DNA of 64,000 nt from Marsupella aquatica (lineage: Eukaryota; Plantae; Marchantiophyta), in contig OZ316893.1 of assembly GCA_973895155.1 (NCBI GenBank), forward strand, positions 16,894,645 to 16,958,644, in the 5' to 3' direction. Shown piece by piece: positions 24,818 to 38,800 of the stretch. The translations under genes and the position numbers were made by a program. Each line of letters begins with the position of its first letter. Within the stretch, counting starts at the first letter, position 1. The notes below the pieces were generated by a model, which was given only the letters and a program-made list of their open reading frames with translations, was not told where the DNA came from and did not search any database.

Positions 24818-27800
24818 ATGGCTCCAAGGTTGCCTCTTCACAACCCATTTAGGATTAGGCATCATGATTCTAAATTGTGGATGCGTGAACAAGCCCGGGC
24901 CGCCCAAGGTAGGAGTAGGAGGATGAGATGCCCATGCACACAGTGCCAAGGATTCAAGTCGTTGAGTTTGAACACTGTGCACCTTCACCTGCTGCGGCAT
25001 GAAAGGCACCCTCGGTGGAGGGTTTGGAATGTACCAGCAGAAGAAGACTCCTCTGATGAAGAGTGGAGAACTGACTTTGTGGATTCTAATACAGCTAGGC
25101 GTAGAGACTACGTAGAGCAGGACATAGACTGTGCAGAGGATGGTCCTGGGGTCCAACATGAGAACGTGGATGACCAAGATGGAGATGCAGAGGCAGTCAC
25201 TGAGGACGGTGGGATGGATGTCCCAAGAATGGTTCAAGAGATTTTTGAAGACCTTGATGCTTTTTACGACACAGTGGAATCAGAAGAGGACAATGAACCG
25301 CAGCCACACATTGGCGACGGCCAAGCTCAACCTGACTTTGACATTGGGGAAGGTGCAGCAGAGAGGGAGTGGGTGTTTGGGGGCCCAAAACACATCAAAG
25401 AAGCTTGCATTCCTATCTACGAGGGGTCGAACTGCTCCAAGCTGGGTTTTGTCGTGTTGTTGTTGAACATCTATGGCAATCACAATGTTCCCAATATATT
25501 TGTGACAGAGTTGTTGACCTTCCTGCGCCGAAATGTGTTACCAGATGGTAATTCAATTCCAAAAAATATGTACGAGGCTAGGAAATTGATGTCTAACCTT
25601 GGGCTGAACTATGTGTCTATTGACGCATGCCCTGATGGGTGTGTTCTCTTTCGCAAAGAGCATGCAGATAAATTGACATGCCCTCATTGTGGTAAGCACA
25701 GGTACAAGAATGTAGGGAAATGTACACACCCTGCCAAGGTTCTTCGTCATTTTCCTCTCATTCCTAGACTACAACGTCTGTTTAGATGCCCTGCCATTTC
25801 CAAGCTGATGACATGGACTCCTGATAACAAGAGCAGTGATGGCCTGCAGCGTCACATTGGAGATTCCAACCATTGGAAATTTGTTGATGAGAGGTGGCCA
25901 CAGTTTGCTGCAGAGAAGCGGAACTTTCGATTTGGTCTATCACTGGATGGAGTAAACCCATTTGGAGACAAAAACAACCGTTATTCATGTTGGCCGGTTA
26001 CGCTGCTAAATTACAACCTTCCCCCATGGATGACTACAAAGAGGTTTTTTGTCATGATGGTGCTGTTAATCCCTGGACCAGCTTCTGTGACCGAGCAATT
26101 CATAGATATCATGTTGGCTCCAGCAGTGGAAGAGTGGAAGACTTTGTGGATAGAAGGGGTGTTAACCCATGATGTTCTGAAGGGGCTTCTTCGACCCAGC
26201 CCCTTTAGACTGCATGCAATTTGTTTGCTGGATATAGCAGATTACCCAGGCCATGGCATCATATCTGGACGAGTGACAAAGGGCTATGTGGGGTGCACAC
26301 CATGTGGGAAAAATGTGACAAGTGAGTGGTCGCATGCCCTGCACAGTATGAAATTTCAGGGGCATAGAAGGTATCTGCCTGTTGATCATCCTTACAGGCA
26401 CACACGGTCTCAAATTGCACACTTCAACAACAAAACAGAGCTTCGTGGCCCACCACAGAGGGTCACCAGAGAGCAAGTCCTGAGGTGGGCAGCCAGGAAG
26501 GCTGATTGGGACAAGAGAAGTGCCACTGATCGAGAACCTGAGGATCCAGTGGTGAAACACGGTGTGAAAAGACAGACCTTGATGGACTTGGAGTTGGAGT
26601 ACTGGAGGGTAATGTACTTAGCCTCCAGCCCCTGTATGATTGCAATTTTAGATTGGAGCAATGGTGGATTGATGTTGGTTACAATCCTCTTATGTGGTTA
26701 ATTAGTGTTTCTGTTGTTGAATTCTTTGCTTTGTGGAGTGCAGGAATTCGAGCCCAGCAAACACAATGTGGACGTCATGCACATTGAGAAAAATATTTGT
26801 GAGAGCTTGCTGAAGTTCTTGTCGGGTGAGAAAGATACAGGAGCAGTTCGAGCTGATATGCAACAGAAGGGGATTCGCCCTCACCTTTGGTTGAAGCCCC
26901 ATGCAAGCAATCCCAATGTACTTCTCAAGTTCCAAGCTCCCTATGTGTGCACACAGGATGAATGGAAGACATTCTTGTATAGATTGAGCTGTCTGAAAGT
27001 GCCCTTTGGCTATGCTGGTGCCTTCAAGAAGCATATTACAAAGAATAAACTTGGCAGTATGAAAACACATGACTACCATGTGTTGATGCAGCACATTCTG
27101 CCCCTATGCCTCAGAGGTCTCATGCAGAAACCAGTCCGTAATGTCATTCTTCGACTGTGCAATGTATTTGGCCGTATATGTGTGAAAGTGTGGGATCCCC
27201 AAGGATTGGAGCAGTTGAAGCAGGATGCTGCTTATGTCCTCTGTGACTTGGAGATATACTTCCCCCCTGCTTTCTTTGATGTTATGACTCATCTCCTAAT
27301 CCATGTGGTAGAAGAGCTAGGGCAGTATGGGCCAGTCAGTACCAGATGGATGTACCCTATGGAGCGATACATGAAGTTGTTGAAAGGTCATGTGAGAACA
27401 TACTACAGGCCAGAGGCTTCCATGGCATTGGGGTACATTAAGGATGAGACGTTGGGATTCCTAACAGAGTACATGGCTGGGTCTGGTGAAGCTATGACAA
27501 GAGTTTGGAAATCTGGTGAAGATGATGGAGTGAGTGGCGAGGTTGTTGAAGGTGTGGGACGTGCTGTTCAGCTGCCTGTTGCGATTCGAGACAAGGCTCA
27601 TTCATATGTGCTGGCAAACACAGAGCCTATGCAACCATGGTGGAGGTGAGTGATTGAATTGACTTGCCTTTGTTGTGATGCTTCTTGTCAGTTCCAAGGG
27701 TGATCTTAGGTTGTCATGTGTTGTTTAGACCTAACTATGCCTGTACCTCATATTGCAGGGAATATGATATGCAAAAAGCTGCACACTCTGGGCAGCAGGA

Positions 27801-28518
27801 TCCCTTCCCACAGTTCGAGCAGTGGATTTGGGTGACAATTCGAGAGCATAGTAGACATCACCCAGATATGGAGAAGGATTTGTATCTTCTATCTGTGCCA
27901 CCACGATTGTCTATTCTGACCTACAAACGGATGAGAGCTTATGGAAATCATTATCGAGTGAGGGATGAGCAGGGTGACCATTGTGTATCATATGATTGTG
28001 GTTTGATTTTTGTGTTTGAGCAGAGAACCTCTGAAGAACAGAGGGGGTGGATGAAGATGGGTTACGTGGGGGAGTTGACCGACATTTGGGTGTTGAATTA
28101 TGGTAACACAAGTGTCCCAGTGATATTGATGAAGGGATCATGGGTGAAATCAGAGTGGCAGAGACCAAGGGCCACCATGAAGCGTGATCATGATGGGTTC
28201 TTGTTGGCCAATTTTAGGTCCAGAGTACCAGAATGGTCTGAGCCTTTTGTTTTCCCTAGCCAAGTTGAACAGGCTTTCTTTGCAGATGTGGAGGAGTCAC
28301 ATGGCTGGAGGGTGGTATGCCATAGCCAAGCACGGAACAGGCGGATGGATGGAAGTAAAGTAGAGTTCAGTTTGGATGACCATGCTGCATTCGAGCATCC
28401 TAGTCATGAGACTGTACTTCCAACTCGGGCAGGGACTGACTACATCCCCTTAACATTGAGAGAGACATATGATGAACCTGGGCAAATGGAATATGATGAG
28501 GTTGATGATTTGCAATAG
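24818..28518 (+). CDS. CACTA TnpD/Tnp2 transposase, 3 exons (24818-26608, 26744-27645, 27759-28518), 1150 aa, apparently intact
   Basis: Contains the CPCxxC...HLLRH N-terminal zinc motif, IDACPDGC, LSLDGVNPF, YSCWPV..NYNLPPW, DVMHIEKN, MKTHDYHVLMQ and RWMYPMERYM. GT-AG introns join the three ORFs in frame (3453 nt). Confidence 0.95.
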
Positions 28519-28695
28519 GCAACAGCTGGCGATTGGCAAGTATGAGGTTGAGGATGACTACCTGCACAGAGTCACATAACGGGAATTGCTGCCTGGAATG
28601 ATGTTTAGGATAGTTGGATATGCATGAAATTGATTGATACTTTGAATTTAGTGTGCTGATTCTCCCTGTTTGGTTGTGGGTGCTGTGCAGAAGCT

Positions 28696-31600
28696 ATGGG
28701 GGAAGAGGGTGATGACATGGAGACAGACATGGGGCTTGGAGAGTGGGGTGAAGAGGAAAGATTGGATATGGATGGAGACCCAGATGCAGGGGGCTCACAG
28801 AAAAATGCACCTGTGCAAGATGCACAGGGCCCTCATCAAGTCCCAGGTAGGTGGGCAGTTAGAGAGAAATCACATAATCCATACCCTAGAAGGAGCCAGA
28901 GTTATTGGCAAGGGACGCCTGATAATTATGATGATGACTATGATGGAGCAGAAGATGGATGGGATGAATATGAACACCCAGAGCGTGGTAGAGACGGGTA
29001 CAGAGGGCAATGGAAAGGTGAGGAGGATGATTGGACAAGTAAGTGCCTTGTGCTAGTGATTTTGTGATGGTAGTAGAGATTTAGCTCAATATGCACTTAT
29101 CTGATGTGTAGCTAGGGCAAAGAGTTTATCTTACAGGTCCATGAGTGTGGCATGTACCTGTTGGTATGCAGACTCTGATTGGGACAATCACGAAAACAAC
29201 AAAGGCCATCCACGTTCAGATAGGAGGCAATCATTCACAGGCGGGAGAAACGCCCCTAATTCATCAAGACAAAGCAATAGGACAGGTGGTCCAGAACCAT
29301 CTATGCGCCAAGGGAGAGGTAACTTGGTCATTGCAGAATTGCTCTGAAGTCCACTGTATATTTGGCAGCGGGATTTATGATTCATACTTACCTAATGTAA
29401 GTGACTGTAAATGGATCCTGTAAATGTGCAGGGACTCCACGGAGGTTTGGACAATGCAATCCAGGCCGTGGGGGGAGATCAGGCCGTGGAGGGACCCCAG
29501 GCCGTGGGGGGACACCAGGCCGTGGAGGGACACCTAGTAGCGCTTCAGGGAGTACCAAGGCAGGAGACAGTAACAAATTTGGTAAAGTAGAAGTGAATTC
29601 CGAAGGTTGGATAACTCCCACATGTGATGGTAAGAACCGTTGGCATTCTGACCTAAGAGGAGAAGTATTGCGTTGGTTAGATTTGAGCATTACAGAGTTT
29701 AGGAGTCAGAACAAAGCTGATTGGGCTGCTATCTGCAAGGACATTCTTGAATGGTGGGAGTATGTTGGTAATGATGGTAAGGGCCCAGTTGAAGATTGCA
29801 TATCAAATTATGCAATGAGGATTTTGAAACAAGAGAGGCATAGGTTGAAAAGGATGTGGATAGACAATGGTTCTAACAGGAGAATGCCACCACCCCCATC
29901 ATTGGAACTGGATCAATGGACACGGTTAATCAAAGGGTTCATGTCGGAGGCTGGACAGAGCAAGAGTGAACTGATGTCAAATGCTCGAGGCAAAGTGAAA
30001 CACCTTCACAGGCTGGGAGAGGAAGTTATGCTCCAGTGAAAGAACAATTGGTAAGGCAGTGACATGCCTGATAGTAAGCCTCAAACTTATCATCTTGCTA
30101 CCATTATTACATTTTCATTGACAATCAACACTTGGTTTCATTCATATGTATGTTGATGTGGACTGCAGAAGAAATTGACAGGTGAAGAACCATCAGCACA
30201 AGAAGTGAGAGAGGAGTTCATGAAACAAAGGAGTGAGGTGACAAGTGTAACTTCCAAACAGGTGATTATGTTGTAATTCTGTATGTTCTGTGACTATTTG
30301 GCCTTGAGCATCAGAAAGAAATGTAGTAGGAAGTAAGCAACCAGTTCTTGGGGACAGTTATCTGAGATATGTAAGCTGTGTTTTGACAGGGAACTGTTAC
30401 AACTCTCACAGAGATGTGTGAACGGTTGAAGTCATTAGAGTGTGGACTCCCTCGAGTGGAAAGTAAATTGGCTGATCGTTTGGATATTGTGGAGGTATCT
30501 GTAGCGAACCTTCTTGCATCAGTGGAATCTAATTTCAAGCTTGTGATTGAAAAATTGGGTGGTTCCCAACCAAACAATGAGGGCAACATTGTACAAAGTG
30601 TGCCCTTGTTAACAAAAAAGGGAATTGGCAAATCTGACACAGGTATGGAAATGACACCGGCCCATTGTTCATTGTGTCCTATGTTCAAATGTTAGAAGTA
30701 AGTTTTCATGAATTGAGTGAATGGTTTGAATGCAGGAAGAGTGGAGGCAGAGAAGGACCCTGTAATCAGTAAGCAGAAGGGCAAGAAGGTTGCTGAGACA
30801 GGTAACCTGCTATGATCCAGTACATTACATTTGAAAAGTGCATGGAGTTTTGTGAAGCTTAAGCCGGTTGGAGGTAATCTTTTCTGTAAGAACTGGTTGG
30901 ATGAACTGGGATCTGAAGTGACATCATGATTGATGTATCAGGTGATTCAAAGAGCAATAATGAAGAAGATGTGCCCAGTGCCTCAGTGACCATAGCCAAG
31001 GAGGTATCAGGTAAGCTGATGCTTTAAATTCCTCTATATGAATGTTGAGCAACAATTCAGTGGTTAATAGATTCAACCTGAATATTGTGGTGTGTTTATT
31101 GATCAACAGAAGCAGACATGGAGCATATGGCAATGGCAAAGAAGGGGAAGAAGGCTGTTCATAATGGTAAGGAGATAGTGACAACTTTGTGGTTGGTGAC
31201 ATGTACATTTAGCACATGTGATGAGTGATTGACTTATGTTGGACATGACACTGAATTGTAGTTGATGCAGAGTTGACAGACTCTCAACCAAGTGGGAGTA
31301 GGGTGAAGCGACGTCGAAACTTGGGAGCAACATTGGATGCAAGTAAGATTGTAGATGCTTCAATTGAAGCAAGTACAATGTTGGCAGATACTGAGATGAT
31401 GTCGCAGGGAAATCCTGCTACACAATCAGAAGTGTCAAATATGGATGCAGATTCTTTGAAGAAGAGTGTAGCCAATTCTCGATCACCAGCACAAAACACT
31501 TGTGCCAAAGTCATGACTCGCAACCAAGGTATGAATAATGTCATGTATAAGCCACCCAGGAAAGCCAAGAAAAACAGCCAGGGTAAGGTGGAGGTGATAG

Positions 31601-31866
31601 CCACAGCAGAGCCAGTCCATAATCTTCTATCATGGGAGGATGACTCGCAGGTATGTGTGGGTACAGGCATTTTGCGACCGGATCATGCAAAATTCCATGG
31701 CAAAGTGGTCCCGGATGACCATGTAGTAGTGTTGTTGACTACAATGATTGTATCTGATTGTAATTTGCCATTTCCGAATAGAGACGATGATCCACCTCAG
31801 GAAATAATTGCAGATGCAGTAGGATCTCTTGTGCTCTGGCCATCAGAGTGTGTTAGTCTGCAGTGA
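28696..31866 (+). CDS. CACTA TnpA-like multi-exon gene (Ptta/En/Spm-like core, Tnp1-like C-terminus), probable 1-bp frameshift near 30015
   Basis: Many small GT-AG exons. The core reads QWTRLIKGFMSEAGQSKSELMSNARGKVKHLHRLG, with RGSYAP in a shifted frame. The C-terminus reads FHGKVVPDDHVVV...LPFP...DAVGSLVLWP. Confidence 0.75.
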
Positions 31867-32293
31867 CTGAATGCAAGTGTAGATAGCATCATGTGAATTG
31901 TGTCACATTTTGACATTGCCTTGGAAAGATCCAAGAAATATCTGTACCAATTTTTCCATTTGGTAAAGAGGATGAAGGAGACGTTGTGTGTGACATTGAT
32001 ATTTCTGAATTCTGTATGTATGAAACAAGTGATTGATGTCAAACTATGGCTCTATGGTGATTGTCTATGATACTTGAATCTATTTTATCATTTCAGTATT
32101 AGTGTGTATGGTATAGAGGAATACTTTGTGACCTTCTTTGTAGTCTATGAAATTTGAATCTATGAATTCATATTAGTGTACATGGTATAGAAGATGGCTT
32201 TCTGAAACTATGTATTCTAATGTTAACATGATGAATGGTGAACTTATAGAGTGAGTTCATTCCAAGTACACAATAAAACATGAATGCAATATG

Positions 32294-35244
32294 TGTTGTA
32301 ACTCATACTTGAGTTAAGTCTACCTTTGGGATAACTACCTATGTAACTACCCTAACTACTTAGGCCGTAGCCACATGTACATATTCTACCAAGAGTAAAG
32401 ATGGAACCAACTCTTTGTCTCATTTCTCCCACAACACGTTATCAGCACGAGCCTAAGACTGGCTGAATTTTTTTTTAGGCCATGACTGATTCACTCTAAG
32501 ACGAAGAAAGAAGGGAAAAGACGTGATTCGAATGTGCCAAAGTTTTTTTTGCGAGAGCTGCTTGAAGCGCTGCACGAGCAATTTTTCTTTGGAAGAAAGG
32601 CCAAGGAAGAATTGATCCCAGCTATGGTGAATTGAATATCAAGGCGCCATCTTATTCGGTGCACGCTTTTCAAGTCAGTATAGCAGTAAGGCAATAGCAA
32701 CAGTCAGTCAGAGCCAATGTTGTTGACGCGTTCACAAATCTGGAAACGAGCCAGCGATTGGAACTCCAGCCATTTCGAGGAGTCGGAAGTTGGTGGCCAA
32801 GGTGTTTTCTCACTCCCTGGCGAGCAAGACCCTCACACCAACTACATCTTTTATTGATAAGATTTCTAGCGAGCACCAGCTCACTGACGGCTGGTCGTGA
32901 GCGCACAACAGATTGGAGTACGACAACCTACTCTATTTCCTGTGTTTGCTTCCAGTTCTACTCGAGTCTACCGCTGGAGGCATTCGAAATGGACGAAGCA
33001 GTAACAGGATGTTGTGATTTCTTTCCCGACACTACGCTTTCCCGACACTATGCTGACAGAAAAGCAGGACAAACATGGGGAAATTAAACCCGTTGGTCGC
33101 ATCACTGGAAAACGAAAGAAGGATTTGGAGCAATCGCGTAAGAAGTGCAAAAAGAAGCAAGTGAAGAAAGTCGCGACTTACAGACCATAGAAAGTAGCGA
33201 CCTCCACTTCAGGCAGCGAGATCATCACACAAGCAAACCGATCCAAGGCGCAGATCACAGCCTCAATTCCATAAGGAACTCGTAAGGATAGCAGGAGATA
33301 AGGAAATTTTTCTTAGAAGATTCGAAGAGAACTCAAGAAGAAAGCAGAACAGAACGGAAGTCTATCCCCAACCGAGGATCACAAGATTACATTCTTCGTT
33401 AGTCATTGATGAGTCTTTTGCCCTTCGAGAGTAACCGATCTTGAAAAGCAGCATTCCCCTCCAGGGTGAAAAGGATAAGAAGAGCAAGACGACAGCAATA
33501 GAGAGAAGACGATCGAAAAGCGTAGGCAGGTCCCGTGAATTACCCTCATTCGCCGTTGCCCCTTCTGGAGAGCAACGATGGGTTTGTTCGAGAGCAGCTG
33601 GTACCCTGAAGGAAGATGATAAAGAAGAGGAAACCGAGCTACTGGATGCTCTAGTTTCTAAGCCGTACTGCGATGATGACGGCCTTTCCTACCGGCATTC
33701 TCACCAGACTTTACTATGTTGATGGAGACACCAAGAGCTTGATCGACTTTACACATCCATGACAATGGAGATTGAAGGAAGATTTCACATTTAGGGAGCA
33801 CGAACAAAAGACCCTCGGAGAAAAGAGGATAAGAGCACGAAGGGAACGCGCGCAGCAAAGAACAAATCTCGCAACAAAAATGCTGAAACGTCGAGAAAAC
33901 GTCGAGAACATACCGCTAAGTGCAAACCCTCCTTAATTGCAAAACCCGTCAAATAGATTTGCGTATACAAAGAACAATGTGCACTGAACCAGGGAAACAC
34001 ACATACTAAGAACGGGGACGAAATGGCATTAAAATGAAAGATATCTATTGGGAATATTACCATATAAGAATTGCCATTCACAAATTCAGGGGGAGAATTG
34101 TTTTTCCCAACGTGCCTACTGCACTTAAAAGTTAAGCTCCGTGCCTACTACACATGGAAGCCAATGAGTGCCTACTGCACATGGAAGTAAATGACAAATT
34201 GAGGGGGAGACCTCAAGTAAGACTTGACATCAAGCAATGTAACCCATGGGATGTGCCTATTGCACAAGTGCCTTTCGCACCAATGAATACCTAAAAATGG
34301 AACTCTATTCCATGCATATGGCAAATCATGAAATCTAAGGAATTTTTATAAATGATTGAATATGGTGTTAACACAATCACTTACCAATACTTGATGAGGT
34401 ATACTGGATATTAAAGTACCATATGATAATATGAGGTACAGTACCAGGTCATAAGGTACCATAAGGTGAGACATGGCATGGTAAGGCACCATAAGAGATG
34501 GTGCGCCATACCCCAATATGATAACCCTACGTTGTGGATATGGTACGTGATGTGGTGCAAATAGGTTATGCCCACACCAAATCTAGGGTTGGACACCCAA
34601 TCCAATTCCAAGGCCATGGATTACACCATATCATCTTCGTTTTGTACTAATACTTTACTTTGTCATGGCATGTAATCGGTGACCATCAAGGAGTCTCCAT
34701 TTCCAGATTGGAAGGAGACACGAGAAACAATCAACCAAGGAAGATCTTCAACAAGCCTATAGTGTTGACAAACACCTTAAGAGACTTTGTAGAAATTACA
34801 CATACACTATATTCTTAAACCCAATTATGTTACACCCATGGGGATGGTAATACTCTTTCCTCCCACAAAGAAAGTAGGGGAGGTTTTAATGAGGTTACAT
34901 CCCCCACTTACACTTTACCATGCAACATGAATTATAAGACATCTATTAGGAGAAGCTTGACATTCATTTATAGTAGACTTGAGATGGCTACACCATTTAT
35001 AAAATAGGCTAGACATAAACAAAACCTATTGTATACCACTGAATATACCCAAAGTAGACTCTTGATTGTAACATTTCAACCCCAATGTTACAAAGGGGGA
35101 GTGTTGTAACTCATACTTGAGTTAAGTCTACCTTTGGGATAACTACCTATGTAACTACCCTAACTACTTAGGCCGTAGCCACATGTACATATTCTACCAA
35201 GAGTAAAGATGGAACCAACTCTTTGTCTCATTTCTCCCACAACA
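32294..35244 (+). mobile_element. Non-autonomous Bianca-type LTR element (2951 bp) with identical 143-bp LTRs
   Basis: LTRs 32294-32436 and 35102-35244 (TGTTG...CAACA) are identical by eye. TSD ATATG is on both sides, the PBS is CGTTATCAGCACGA, and the PPT is AAAGGGGGAG. No gag/pol is present internally. Confidence 0.95.
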
Positions 35245-35817
35245 ATATGTTATTTGTGCACAAGAGTGGGTTCATTCCAAGTAGTATAGTGGGGTCTTCA
35301 TCACTCATATCCAGTTGACATGAAAGACTTATACATACCCCACAAAGTATATTTAAAGACTACCCTCCATAACCTTTTTAGTCGTTCCCAACGACTCATC
35401 ATCGCAGCCCATAAAAGACTAAAAACGACTCACCAAAGCTACCCACACAAAGACTAAAATAGACTGAAAATCCAGTCTATTAAACGACTTATAAACCAGT
35501 TCTATAAAGGACTCAGTTGATTATAGTAACAAAACATACGACTCGCAGTCCTATAAAGGACTAGAGTCCTTCCCAGTCATTTCCAAGTCCTATACGGTAC
35601 TGAATAGTCGTTTAATGGGGTCTAAATACCCCCCGGTTTCTACTAGTGCCCTAAATTCAATGAAATCATATGGACATGTTACAAAAAAATATATGCAAAC
35701 ATATTACAATTTTAACATAATACACCACAAATATATTTCCAGTATACATAACTAATATCTAATGTTTGACAAAAATATTAAGAGAGGATGGTTAGTAAGG
35801 TATGTAGGATCAATCAC

Positions 35818-38561
35818 CTGAAATGCCTCCCTTGTGTCCACATTATTGTCCTTGATGTTACAATTCTCAAAGGACCATGCATAATGGTACGGACATCATC
35901 TGTGATGGTTGGAAAATGTAATATACTCTCTCCCCTGGCCACCATGTCATCCACCTCAACTAGCTTTGCCTTCATATAGTCATGACACTTGGGAAAGATC
36001 CTTGGCCTCCGACTGTTACTTTTGGCCTCTTCATAGAAGTTCCTCCATTCTTCCATGATAGTGTTGTTACTCAACATGAATGTACTCAGTTGCTTCAACT
36101 CCATGGGTGTCAACATGAGGGTTTTGGTGGCCCCTATCAAACGATCCACCTCATCCTCCCTCTCCTCCTTCCAAGTACGGGGAGAGGTACAATCTATTGT
36201 GGCTAATATGTTGTTGCAATAAAACATACTTTCTGCTGCCAAATATCGTGTAGCCATGCTTCCCTCAACTCTTGCACGGTTTCGTACATATCCCTTTAAA
36301 ACTACATGTACCGTTCCAACCAATACATCCACCGACAATGCACAGGACCCGCAATGGCAACCTCATGAACAAGGTGAACAAGTAAATGCACTTGACAATC
36401 AAAAAAGGAAGGAGGGAGGGCCTTCTCCAACTTGCACACCACCTCTGCAGCCAATACCTTCATCCCTGGGATCTCCTCACTATAAATCTCCTTTGAGCAT
36501 ATCCATCTCAACAATTTTCCCAATGACCAAAGGGCATCTTGCACTTCTTCACTTGCCAAACCTATTATTGCCATGGGCAATATATGTTGCAATAGTCGGT
36601 GGTAGTCATGTGTCTTCAAATATCGTGGCCACTTATGATTGTCCTCCATCCCAAAAGCCTTTCAAAGATTGGCTCCATAACCGGTAGGAAACCTCATGTC
36701 TCCTATGCAATTTTGAAACTCCCTTCGTTGTCCAACAGGAAGGACCCATGGAGCTGATGGTCGGTGTTCTATCCCTGTGACTGGATCAGTTGTCACCCAC
36801 ACATCTGGATGCATCTCAAGATCCTCACAAGCCTCCCTGAAGTTAGTGTCCTTCTCTCCATAGAAAGCTTTTATCAATGCCTTTCCCAGATTCCCCTCAA
36901 TGTGCATGGGATCTAATAGATGAAGAATCTTCAATTCTCCCCAATAGGGCAAAGTGGCTAGAATACTCCACCTTGTCAACCCACTACCCTCAAACTGCAT
37001 GGGATCCTCAGGGTCAGCCACTCTATCAGCCAAGTCTTTTCAGTGTGCAAAAGTTGTTGGCTCAGGTACTTCACGCTCATCACCAAGCTGCATATCAATG
37101 GAGGAAAATAGAAGTGGATCAAACCTCATTGCATGTCCCATTGGGAGAAATTTTGTATGCCCAAGATAAATAATCTTGTGAAGGTGCGATGAGTACTTGG
37201 CTATATCACCAAGGCCTGGGCCACAAGTGGAGCAAGCTTTGTAGCCTTGGGTTTGCAACCCACTGACAAAACCAAACCCTGCCAAAAAATACACCAGCAA
37301 ATGATTGTGTTATGATTGACAAAGAAAAGAAAATAATACCATGCATCCTCATATGATGGAAATTAAGTAAGTAAGTACTATAGTGTAACAGTTCTTACCT
37401 AGATAGTCATGCATGGTCCACATACAAATCCCTTTTAGTTTGAAAACCCGTGATAAACCCTCTGTAATCTTTCGACCATCATATGCCCATACTCCCTCCC
37501 ATAATTTTTGGAGTTCCTGAACCAGTAATGCCATGTAGGTGTCCATGTTTTGCACCTTCTTTGGCCCTGGGATAATCAAAGATAACAACAAAAAGCCCTT
37601 TTTCATGGACAACCATGGTAGAAGGTTGTAATTCATGAGAACCACTGGCCAAACCAATGTAGGCCTCCATTCCCCCCAAGTGAATGAGGGCTAACCCCAA
37701 TCGCACATGCCGAGGGTCACGCTCAAAATCTGGCCATGTTGACTCTACATGTTTATGAGCAGGAGAGTCAACTGGTAATCGCATCACACCAGGCTCTGAA
37801 CGATGCTTCTTGTGCCATACCATCAACTCGGCCAAGTCAGAACATCTATACATGTGCAACAAGCGAGGAATAATGAGGAACCAACAAACAACTTTCCTTG
37901 GCACCTTCTGGGTTAGCATGTTTGGCTCATACCGTGGCTCATGACACACGGTGCATACTGTGACATGGGCTTTGTCCCCATGAAATAACATGCAATCATT
38001 CACACACGCATGAATGATATGGTAATCCATGCCAATGGATGAGAGAATCTTCTTTGCATCCTTCTAGGTTCCTGGCAACACATTCTCACTAGGTAACATC
38101 AGGTCATGACAATATTCAAATATGTCTGATAACATAGAATTGCTTGCCTTATGTTTAGCCTGAATGTTCAACAACCCCAATATGGCTGACAAACGACTCA
38201 ACCGAGCACCCTCAAAGATAGGTGTTCGGGCATGTTCCTCAGCCTCCTTCCATTGTTGTTGTCCCTCTGGAGTATGTTGTGGTCGTGGGTCATTTTGGGG
38301 GGCAGCTCCTTCAACACTAATGTCAGGGACACCATCCCCAACATCAGCACCAAACCAATCAACCATGAAGTCATCCATGGCTCTGTCTTGGTCATGCATG
38401 ACCTGGTCATCAGTTCGGGGTGTCTCTTCCTCATCAACATCACTTGGATTATTACTTGACGAGGAATCAACATCTGATGGTTTTCCTTCTTTTGGCATAC
38501 CCATCTCCCGATATGCTGCCCTCAACCTTCGTGGTAACATATGTTGAGAGGGTTGCGCATT
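35818..38561 (-). pseudogene. Main exons of CACTA B TnpD/Tnp2 transposase, disrupted
   Basis: IHACVNDCMLF, DPRHVRLGL, WPVVLMNYNL, DPMHIEGN, LKTHDYHRLLQ and RWMYWLERYM occur across ORFs 35814-38540, with several stops and frameshifts. Confidence 0.93.
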
Positions 38562-38800
38562 CTATGGACAATACAACCAAAAATCCTCTTCATGTATGAT
38601 TTACCAGGTAAAGTAATACATACTAACAAAAAATTAAGTAACTTAAGGTAAAAACATTTGCATATACATAAATAATACAAAGTAAATTATGTATTGCTCC
38701 AAAATGAGGCCTAAATGTATTACTCCAAAATGAGGCCAAGGCCATATACATAAAGGTAAGTCTCTAGTACAAAATATGGCAAAGGTGATGACATGGCAGC

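Larger units (their letters stand above)
15664..35648 (+). mobile_element. Complete ~20-kb CACTA (En/Spm) element C with cargo ORFs
   Basis: Left TIR CACTAGTAGAAACCGGGGCAATTTAGACC (15664) and right TIR GGTCTAAATACCCCCCGGTTTCTACTAGTG (ends 35648). The 3-bp TSD is CCC at 15661-15663 and 35649-35651. GACT/AGTC subterminal repeats occur at both ends. Confidence 0.96.
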
